Assembly (NCBI RefSeq): GCF_006345805.1
Contig: NC_042997.1
Coordinates: 62,744,001 to 62,808,000 of the forward strand
Source of the DNA: Octopus sinensis
Lineage: Eukaryota
Length of the DNA: 64,000 nucleotides
Reading direction: 5' to 3'
Shown: positions 51,470 to 64,000 of the stretch, piece after piece
How positions within the stretch are numbered: the stretch's first letter is position 1
Layout: each line of letters starts with the position of its first letter
Made by a program: the position numbers and the translations under genes
The notes under the pieces: generated by a model
What the model was told of the DNA's origin: nothing
The model's input: only the letters and a program-made list of their open reading frames with translations
The model's database searches: none

Positions 51470-52160
51470 ATAGATTAAACCCACTCAAAAAGATATGTCT
51501 TCGCTATTCAGAACTGGTAAGAGCTGCTAAATACCTGATCAAGAAAGATAACGATACCCTTAAACATCTACGTTTGATAGAAAATGTCGATTGTGCCACA
51601 CCAGATTGGAAGATGTCACCCACTATCATCATCAACTGTCCATAAATGTCAGCAAGGTACTACCATCTTATGAAATATGACATTGATGCTATCCTCTGGA
51701 AGGATAGCATCAGACCGTCATGCGAAAAGCATACGAGAACCAGAATGTGTCGAGACACTTAAAAATAATGTATTCCGGTGAGATGCTCAAATGAGAAAAA
51801 TAGCATCTCGAAGCAAACGTAAAAGATTTGATATTATCCTTGGGATAGGAAACGTCATTCCCTGTTGCAGGGGTCACATCAGATCGTATGTGAATGTCTC
51901 GTTAAAGATGCGGAAAAAAAGGGAGCTTCTATGATGAACAAATGTGGACCTTACAGCTCCTGTATTTAACAACAATTTTTAACTTAAACCTTTATTGAAA
52001 TCTGTTGTTATAAGTTTCAGAGAATCACATGACACTAAATTTGCATAACAGCCTTGAGGTTTACCAATATAGAAAGAGAAAAATCTCTCAAAACTCTGAA
52101 ATTCAATTAAAGTGAAGTTTAGTAAAACACTCCAAAAATTCTTTATTTTCGTTTCCAGTA
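51470..52160 (+). mobile_element. CRE-like/RLE non-LTR retrotransposon 3' region, decayed
   Basis: AAKYLIKK, CRLCHTRLEDVTH, CP*MSARYY (CCHC knuckle region) and LQLLY. Confidence 0.7.
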
Positions 52161-53639
52161 ACGAACAGATACGCACAATCATGAGTGCACACACACATAT
52201 ATGAAGAACAATTATACACACAAATTCATGTCACAAAATAAAACCGCTCATCTTCATACATACCAATTCACTCACACTCTCACCAACACCTGGAAAGAAT
52301 TTGATGCAAACAAAGACATCGTGTTATTGTGTTAGGGATTAGCTTCAATTCTGGGCAGTAACAAATATAAAAGAAAGACACTTAAATGCCACACATGTTT
52401 ACACGATTTTAATCACGGTGGTTAACAACAAATAAAACATCGCAGAACGTTAAATTCACATATGGCTATATAAATAGATATACATATAACTATATATATG
52501 TAATAGAAAGATGAACTCACACCCACATAATACATACACATATAATACACACACATATAGTATGTACACATTCTCTCATAGATATGAATCCCTGAAGAAA
52601 AACAAGAAATGCTTGTCATGTTCTTAATGACCGAATTCTCTTTATACTATTAGAGTCAAAACAGCCTCGACTCTGTCCCTCCTCCTTTCTTCCTCATCCT
52701 ACGTATATGTAAACATAAAAAAATCGATAACACTACAATAAAACATTGCACGAGTATTAAATTAGAAATATATAGTGTTTGTGTGTGTATACATATATAT
52801 CTGTGCGTGTGTGAATATATACCTATATACTCTTCTATGGTCTCTTCTATGCCCTGAATTATAACTGTATTTTACACTATTATAAATCTCTCTCTCTCTC
52901 TCACTCTCTCTCAATATATAAATGTACATTCATGTATGTATATATATATGTGTGTGTGTATATCTATCACACATCAACATATGTACATATAGATACACTC
53001 ACACACAGGAACATCCATGCAACCATGCATGCATCCATCCATCCGACTATATATATATATATATTACGGGCACACACATATACACACACATATAAATATA
53101 TATGTCTACATACGTACACATATTATTTATATATACATGATGTATAATATAATATATAATATAATAATAATAATTATATATATATACACTCACATGTTAT
53201 TTACAGCTTTATATGCTTCGAGATCCACTGTTCGTAAATGCTAAAGAAAGAGACACAACATTCTGAAGCGTTGCAACACCTTCCTTGCTGACAGACTTTG
53301 CAGCAAAACTTTCTCATCAAGCATAGACAGGATCAGCCAAGAAAAAAAACTGCAGGAAGAAGACTATGATTACCCAATTAAGACATTTTTCACTGCTTAG
53401 ACCGTCTGTCAAGAGGTAAAGAGCCAAATGATATATACATACACAAAAACAAACATACATACATACATGCATACATACATACATACATACATACGTACAT
53501 ACATACATACATACATACATACATACATACATACATGCATGCATGCATGCATGCATACATACATACATACATACACACATGTATGCATACATACATACAT
53601 ACATATATACATAGATACATACATACATATATATCTATA

Positions 53640-54130
53640 TATATTAATATAGTTGTCGTTTATGGCTGGTCAGGGAATTATCATGGTTTCTCACCTATAA
53701 TGCTCTTAACGATATAGGTGACTTATCAGACTTGCTGGTCGGAGGCACATAACAAATCTACCACAGGTGGTAGAAATACAGTACTGGTCGGTCAGGGTTG
53801 TGAAGAAAGCTCCGAAACAAAATTCTGGATAGGATGGAGTTATAAAAGGATCAGTATATGCATAACTTTGGTTCGCTCGTCAGCAGGCGATGAATTCCAT
53901 GATTCCTACACAAATTTCCTCTTACGAGAGCACCGACTAAATGTCTTACTTTTGAAGTTTAAGAAGGTCAACGTATCTTGCGAATTCGTTAGGGTCCTTG
54001 ACTTCTCGTACAAGCAAACTTTGTATCGTCTGCTTCCGTTATGGTCCAGGCTGTTCCAAGTGCTTCTAGTTCATTCTGTATGGTGTACCATCTTCCCGGG
54101 CATAACCAACAACCATATTAATTATTACTG
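53640..54130 (-). mobile_element. PLE 3' end (C-terminal CxLCxxEK type) with downstream hammerhead
   Basis: Minus translation TWNSLDHNGSRRYKVCLYEKSRTLTNSQ..FLNFKSKTFSRCSRKRKFV*. Confidence 0.7.
53676..53734 (-). ncRNA. Decayed type I hammerhead
   Basis: Minus strand: CTGATAA g TCACCTATA..TATAGGTGA GAAA C-CATG-ATA; perfect 9-bp helix II; G8>A substitution and a helix III mismatch. Confidence 0.5.
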
Positions 54131-54184
54131 CTCTAAGATTTTAGAGTATGCTTTTCTTTTCGGTCTTATGAACAACTGTCTGAA

Positions 54185-57056
<2,872 letters not shown>

Positions 57057-57072
57057 ATATATATAATATATA

Positions 57073-57119
<47 letters not shown>

Positions 57120-57269
57120 GTCAGTCCATAAATAATGCAACATGCATGCATAAACACATGAATGTTGCATATATGCGTGTGTGTAGTGCATATGTATATA
57201 AACACGTCACATTTTCTAGGGCTTCCTTTATCTCTAAAAATATATATTTGATGAGTTTTGTATGTTTAT

Positions 57270-57360
57270 ATCATTCCTGATGAGATTGATGTATAGGTGA
57301 CCATAATTCTTCCTGCCGGACGTATTTTGAATGCATCCATCAAAACATATGTAGATGATA
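57270..57360 (+). ncRNA. Decayed type I hammerhead
   Basis: TATCATTC CTGATGA GATTGATG..CATCCATC AAAA C-ATAT-GTA GATGATA; G12>A substitution, otherwise complete. Confidence 0.55.
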
Positions 57361-57876
57361 TGAAGATATAAAGATTTTGATAACATCCTGAGTGTTTGTC
57401 TCCTCTTTCAATTTTTCCTCTCTTATCCTAAATATGACTTACTTATCCCGGAATCAAATCACACACAAGTGTGATCATTGATTCTTAAGCAACATTTAAT
57501 TACCTTGTAATTATTCCCTTGGATCTTTCCTATATGTATATATATACTGTGATAAATACATAGATGTATAGAGAAAGAGTCAGATAAACACACAAAGTGG
57601 TAGATTGATACATACACACATGTATATCACTCTGTCTCGTTCTCTCTTTATATGTCTATACGTATATATACATATATGAACGTAAGTAAGGCTATAAATA
57701 TATGTACATATATAATTATACGCGTGGGTGTAGGAGCGATTATATATATATATACATATATATATGCATATATATGTATGTAAATAAATGTAAATATATA
57801 TACGTATATATATATATGCATATATATATGTATATGTATGTACGTATGCATATATATATTTATATATACATATATA

Positions 57877-57986
<110 letters not shown>

Positions 57987-58294
57987 ATAGTCTATTTTGC
58001 CTTGGAGATTGAACTGCCTAACGCATTTCTACATGTGCGATCATAACACACGGCCTTTCGTAAGCATTGTTAGAGCTGGTGGAGCCCATCCTTCTCCATT
58101 AATCTTTTCCAGAAGAGAGAATGTTCCAACAAACAAAAAGAAAGAATGAGAGAAAGAAAAGGAGCAACTCTAGTACTGGTTTGGTACTTTTTTATTGATC
58201 CCGAAAGGATGAAAGGCTAAGTTACCTGGGCGGTATTTAATCTTAGTGCATAATGACATAAATAAATGAATATACATGTATATATATAATATAT

Positions 58295-58345
<51 letters not shown>

Positions 58346-58697
58346 ATATATACATACATATATATATATACATATATATTTATACAAAAACACACATATA
58401 CGCACCATATATATATACACGTATACGTATATATATAAACTGTATACACACGTGCGCGCGCGCACACACACTCGAAGTTGAGAGGTGAAAAGTTTTGGGC
58501 TTTGGATAAAGGAAAAATCATGTTAATTATGATTTTATTTCCTTCCCAGTTCTTTATACAGAGCTTAGAAAACCCAAGGACCGCTCAATAAACTGTGTGA
58601 ATCTGAGAGGGAAATATGTTGAATAAAATCATAATTAACTGATGGTCTCGATTTTCCTTTATCCAAATCCAGGAACTTTTCAGCTCTGAACATCGTG

Positions 58698-58798
<101 letters not shown>

Positions 58799-58819
58799 GC
58801 AAAGGACTTCAAATTCATT

Positions 58820-58940
58820 TTCAAGACATTGGTCGGCTCGTGGTTATAGGAGAAGACACTTGCCCAAGGTGACACTCATTGAATTGAACCCAGATATAAG
58901 CGATTGGTAAGCAAGCTCCTTACCATATAGCCAGGCTTGT
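58820..58940 (-). mobile_element. CORE-type SINE head fragment
   Basis: gaagacacttgcccaaggtg..gaaccc..gcaagctccttacca. Confidence 0.7.
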
Positions 58941-58946
58941 GTGTAC

Positions 58947-58983
<37 letters not shown>

Positions 58984-58994
58984 CTGTATACACA

Positions 58995-60560
58995 CAGAGA
59001 TATTGATAGTCATTACTCTTTGATGAACCAAGTAATTTTAAACAAAGCCCTAAAAATAACTCGAATATAAATACGAATGTAATTAATGTTATTTTAGCTG
59101 CCAGAGGAACAATTATAGAAATTGAAAACAAATATTCGAAATAGCCATGGGCTCCGTAGATTCTGCCCAAGTTACAGAGTTGGATGGTATTTATATTCTT
59201 TTTATCTCGGGAAGAGATTTTCCTGAACTTGTGGGAGGTTTATATAAGGATGATGTCCTTTTTACTATTAGGAACCTATCTAATAGGAAACCTGAACTAC
59301 ATACGAAGAAATGTTACAAATGTTTTATAAAGTCTTGGACTCTCTATAACGATAGATAATGAACATGAATCAGTTAACTTCCTGGACGTTAATCTTAATC
59401 TTATTACTAGCAACTATGAACAACATTGCAAGCTTAACTCCAATCTTAAGTATATACATGTCTGAAGTAATCATCCTCGTTCTGTTAAAGATTTTTTACT
59501 TTATCTTATCTACAAAAGAATTTTTAATTTATCGTGTACTAAGGATATTTTCGAAAAAATATGCTGACTATTATAATATGGCATTCAGCAAAGCTGGGTA
59601 TAAACATAAATTGAAGTATTATCCTAAAAATATGGACATCGGTCTCATGGATGTTTCTCACGTTAGTAATAATTTTAAACGAACTGGTAGGATTAGGAAT
59701 AAAGATAGAGTAAGGACAAATGTCCAAATGGGAGTGATGGTATACAAAATACGAGAACCAATGTATTTCTTCGTTCATCGAATTCTTCTCATATGACTAG
59801 GAATATGAATGATAGAATAAAAAACAAACCCATTATATATTTAATAAGTTTCGAAAATTTGAAAACTATAATGCATCTGATAAGAACGACATTATTTGGT
59901 TTATAATTCCATTTACTAAGCAAATTAAGAATAAATTGGTCGGGGCCTTATACAAACTTTACAAAGGAAAGTAGATATTACAATATTAATAACACTAGGT
60001 TTCTTAGAGTTGCCTTTCTGTATCAAATAATTTGTCCCAAATTATATCTTCAATTATCGAAAGAAAATTATCTAAATTTTATAACAATTATCCCTGTTTT
60101 AAATGCAACAATAATAATGCTCCTGGAATAAGTGTTAGTAAGAAAAGCGTACTTGAATCATCTAGTGTAGAAGGGGAAGCAACCCAAGTTAAATATTATC
60201 TCAACCTCTGGAATATAGGCAACTTGGTAAATAGCAATCATACTGAATGGAATGATATAAAACATAATAATTATCAAGAAACACATCTCTCCACATCTCT
60301 AACCACATTTATACCTTTAATAATAGGAACAAGTCCTCTTGTACCAGCCTCAGTAGGACTTGACTGAGAAGAAAAAGAAAGGTTTTCTGTGGAGTGGGAG
60401 ATTGTAAGCAAGGCTGCTGCTTATAAGGCTGGAGATTCTTTTTGCTTTCTCTGCCTGGAAGAATTGTACCAAATCCTATATTCCAGGCGGTGCCTCTTAA
60501 ATATGAGGATTGGGATTGGTTTTTCATATGTTCACGCATGTAAATTGGGCTTTCAAAAAC
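58995..60560 (+). mobile_element. Decayed PLE: RT motifs 4-7, thumb, linker and GIY-YIG
   Basis: MGSVDSAQVTELDGIYIL, GLYKDD, VNFLDVNLNL, YIHV*SNHP, YYNMAFSKAGYKHKLKY, IIWFIIPFTKQIK, SQIISS and WEIVSKAAAYKAGDSFCFLCLEE; many frameshifts. Confidence 0.88.
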
Positions 60561-60990
60561 TACCATTAGATATGCTATTATCGTAAGTCAATTAACTATA
60601 CGTTAAAGGTACTAGTACTTTGAATAGGTGTTTTTTTTCATGTTAAATACACTAACATCTGTAATTATGAGATTAACGAATTATTAATAGATATCATAGA
60701 AATATTAAATATTATATTGAATATTAATATTTAAATAGTTATATTTCATCTTAAATACGCGTAAGGAGACTGAGTTTTTCATGTATTCACGCATGCTTAT
60801 GGGTTTTCAAAAACTGCCATCAGTTATATTACTATTATAAATAATCAATTATATATTAAAGCTACTAGAACTTTGAATCTGTCAATATTTCCCGTTTTAT
60901 TACACTAGCATCTGTAAACATAAGGATTAAAGAATTCTTAGTAGATATAATACTGATATAAATATATTTATTAAATAGTAAAGATGTATA
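60497..60990 (+). repeat. Diverged ~250-bp tandem duplication at the PLE 3' end
   Basis: 60497-60750 and 60751-60990 share ttttcat.t.ttcacgcatg, tttcaaaaact.ccat, ctag.actttgaat and tacacta.catctgtaa. Confidence 0.75.
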
Positions 60991-61239
60991 TTAGGTTTCC
61001 TGCACAGGTAGCAATATAGTTTGTGGTTTCTATGGATGTAATTAAACACGTTTCTCATGAATATGTCGTTGATATTTTATAATATGATTCATTAAACCAA
61101 GTTAAAGGTAAAACTTATTGATTTTGTAGTAGTTGTAGCTTTAGTAATTTAAGTTTTTATGTAAACATGTTATCAAGTGGATTCGGTAACTTTTACGTTT
61201 CCCTTTGCTTTCATAGTTTGTATTGAGCATAACTATTGC

Positions 61240-62300
61240 GCACAAATATAGATGACGTGACACTCTAATATGGTAATTAAAAACTAGTTTTTAATACGTC
61301 ATATATTTTGGTGTCTCCGATATTTTAACAAACGCACGCGCAATTACATGAATGTTACCGTCCTCTCTCCCTCACTCTCTCTCTACCTCTCTTTCAATCT
61401 CTCTCTCTCTCTTTCTCTAACCCCTGGTTCACCCTAACTGCAACACAACCACCGATAACAACTATTTTGTATAACAAACTCACACGCACAACTATTTCAA
61501 ACATATTTGGTTATATTATATGTATGCCCCCCCACACATATAATATAAATAATATATACATGTTTATATATACATGTATATATATATGCATATATGGGTA
61601 TAGGACGTACCCAACTGTGAACAACATAAAGTGCAAAATCAAGCGAGTTAGTTACACAAACAACGAGAGCAAAATATTGAAAACAGGACAAGTAACACAA
61701 AGAACGACCCTTCATAATATATAAATGAAGTTGTGAACTATCCTCCTGAATTTCTCAATTCACTGGAGCCTCCTCGACTACCTCCACACATATTACCACT
61801 TAAAGTTGGAACCCCTGTAATGCTACTCCGCAATCTGGAACCACCAAGACTTTGCAATGGAACACGACTGGTGATAAAGAAAATGATATTACACGTTATC
61901 GAGGCGATCATTCTTTCTGGATGTGGAAAAGGTGATGACGTCTTTATTCCACGATTTCCTCTTACTTCATCAGGAGCAGAAATTCCATTTACATTCAGAA
62001 GACTGCAATTCCCCCTTCGTGTCAGCTTTGCCATGTCCATTAACAAATCTCAGGGTCAAACCCTCTCTGTAGCTGGTCTTCTCTTGGAAGAGCCCCGCTT
62101 CTCGCATAGGCAGCTGTATGTTGGCTGCTCAAGAGTAGGAACCAAAAGAAACCTTTTTGTATATGCTCCACAAGGAAAAACAAGGAACATTGTTTACAAC
62201 GAGGTGTTATAATCTCAACAGCCAGGAGGTATATACATGATCCCCTTTTTTTTAACAAACTTCATGTACTTTCACGTATTTATATTAATATACATATATT

Positions 62301-62331
<31 letters not shown>

Positions 62332-62402
62332 CCATATATATATAACAGAAAGTCTAATTCTTCTATTGAATGTAACCGGGCAACGCCGGGTATCTCTGCT
62401 AG
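61240..62402 (+). mobile_element. Internally deleted Helitron with PIF1-like helicase C-terminus
   Basis: ORF 61733-62212: [71 protein letters not shown] and [10 protein letters not shown]. 3' hairpin ccgggcaacgccggg and CTAG|T at 62399-62403. 5' boundary uncertain. Confidence 0.9.
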
Positions 62403-62414
62403 TAATTGATATAT

Positions 62415-63530
62415 ACGAGGATCGACTGAAAAGTTCTTCGACTGACGAAGATACTGTTATGGAATGCGACCAAATGAGGTTCATTTTTTTAATATAGTTC
62501 CTCTTGTTCTCCACATACCTCTTCCATCGGTGAAAGTGCTTCGATCCCATTAGTGAAGAAGCTTTCATCCTGTTGATCAAAAAGTCATCAACAGCAGATA
62601 TGACATCCTCATCACTACCATACTGGTTCCCAAGTGTTCTTTTCATGTTGGGGAACAGATGATAATGAGATGGGATCAAATCAAGAGAATAGGGCAGCTG
62701 ATCAACTAGTTCTAAGCCACAGTCACGTGCAGCAGCCATTGAAAGCAACAAAGCAAAGAAAGCAAGGCGGCGAGCTGGCAGAATCGTTAGCACGCCGGGC
62801 AAAATGCTAAGCGGCATTTCGTCTGCCGTTACGTTCTGAGTTCAAATTCCACCGAGGTCGACTTTGTCTTTCATCCTTTCGGGGTCGATAAATTAAGTAC
62901 CAGTTACGCAATGGGGTCGATGTAATCGACTTAATCCGTTTGTCTGTCCTTGTTTGTCCCCTCTGTGTTTAGCCCCTTGTGGGTAGTAAAAAAATAGGTA
63001 TTTCGTTTGCTGCAACGTTCTGAGTTCAAATTTCGCCAAGGTCGACTCTGCCTTTCATCCTTTCGGGGTCGATTAAATAAGTACGAGTTACGCACTGGGG
63101 TCGATATAATCGACTTAATCCGTTTGTCTGTCCTTGTTTGCCCTCTCTATGTTTAGCCCCTTGTGGGCAATTAATAAATGAGAAAACAAGGACTTGTGTG
63201 CAGAAGCATTATTTTTATGATCCATGATCCCTTTTGTCAGTTTTTCTGGGCGTTTGGTTTTGATAGTCTTTTGTAACTGCCTCAAGTTGGCTAGTACTCT
63301 CTATTGACGTTGTGGCCGTTTTGAAGATAGTTAACAAGCACAATGCTTTTTGCATCCTCAAAATGGAAGCCATCACATTCCCTGCAGGTGAAACGACCTC
63401 AGCTTTCTTTGGAGCAGGTGCGGAGGCGTGTTTCCACTGCATAGATTGTCTCCTTGTCTCTGGCTCAATACGTTTACTTGAAAACCATGCTTAACCGCTG
63501 TTGTTATGACTAAAACAAATAAAACAAATA
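62415..63530 (-). mobile_element. Mariner element (partial) interrupted by a SINE dimer
   Basis: TIR TA|CGAGG..AAAAGTTC. Minus peptides SMQWKHASAPAPKKA, LPYSLDLIPSHYHLFPNMK and SDEDVISAVDDF. Confidence 0.85.
62764..63178 (+). mobile_element. tRNA SINE family A dimer (full copy plus 5'-truncated copy)
   Basis: 62764-62998 is complete with box A and box B; 62999-63178 repeats from gtatttcgt.. onward. Confidence 0.92.
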
Positions 63531-63717
63531 CTTCACTGCACTCATGTAAGAATAGACTAACATACACATACGTATAAATAGTGGTATATACATATGTACG
63601 TATACTTCCATATAGATATACATATCAGGTGAAAAAACATAAGAAATACTTGTCACGTTCTTACAGGCCGACTTTCATTCTTTTCAACGAATTAAACAAT
63701 CCTCTGTTTCTCTTTCT

Positions 63718-63841
63718 ATGTATGTATGTATGTATGTATGTATGTATGTATGTATGTATGTATGTATGTATGTATGTATGTATGTATGTATGTATGTATG
63801 TATGTATTTATGTAGTTTGCATATACTTATATGTAGATACG

Positions 63842-63922
<81 letters not shown>

Positions 63923-63925
63923 ATA

Positions 63926-63972
<47 letters not shown>

Positions 63973-64000
63973 ATCTATCTATCTATCTATATATCTATCT
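63718..64000. repeat. (TATG)n then (TATC)n microsatellites
   Basis: Direct reading. Confidence 0.95.

Noticed and set aside
53878-53884. Minus-strand CTGACGA as another hammerhead core; similar weak candidates near 1851-1910 and 61040-61100
   Set aside because: No matching helix II plus GAAA, or three or more core substitutions.
59455-59470. In-frame TGA in YIHV*SNHP as selenocysteine
   Set aside because: The element has many other stops and frameshifts, so one TGA is uninformative; no SECIS was identified.
61733-62212. Host PIF1 helicase gene
   Set aside because: Only the C-terminal motifs are present, and they are followed by a Helitron hairpin and CTAG terminus.

Overview
Repeat-saturated animal genomic DNA, AT-rich and with very abundant (TA)n, (CA)n, (GA)n, (TATG)n, (TATC)n and (AAT)n microsatellites. 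The two dominant tRNA-headed SINE families match those I recall from Octopus genomes, so this is most likely an intronic or intergenic octopod window (inference). I found no intact host protein-coding gene. Most ORFs in the supplied track are microsatellite read-throughs or transposon pseudogene pieces. Recognisable content: mariner, maT and hAT DNA transposons; MITEs; at least four Helitron families, including a nested pair that carries a LINE-like 5' fragment; R4/Dong, CRE-like and RTE non-LTR fragments; several Penelope-like element (PLE) remnants; about 20 SINE copies; a 5S-rRNA-headed SINE-like chimera; a near-identical ~850-bp triplication; and several fold-back inverted repeats. The most notable recurring signal is a set of about 10 type I hammerhead-ribozyme motifs (4 with an intact core). 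Many share a long helix II and a 2-bp helix III capped by a palindromic tetraloop, and several sit at PLE 3' ends or in inverted repeats. All alignments and folds were done by eye, so coordinates of degenerate elements are approximate.
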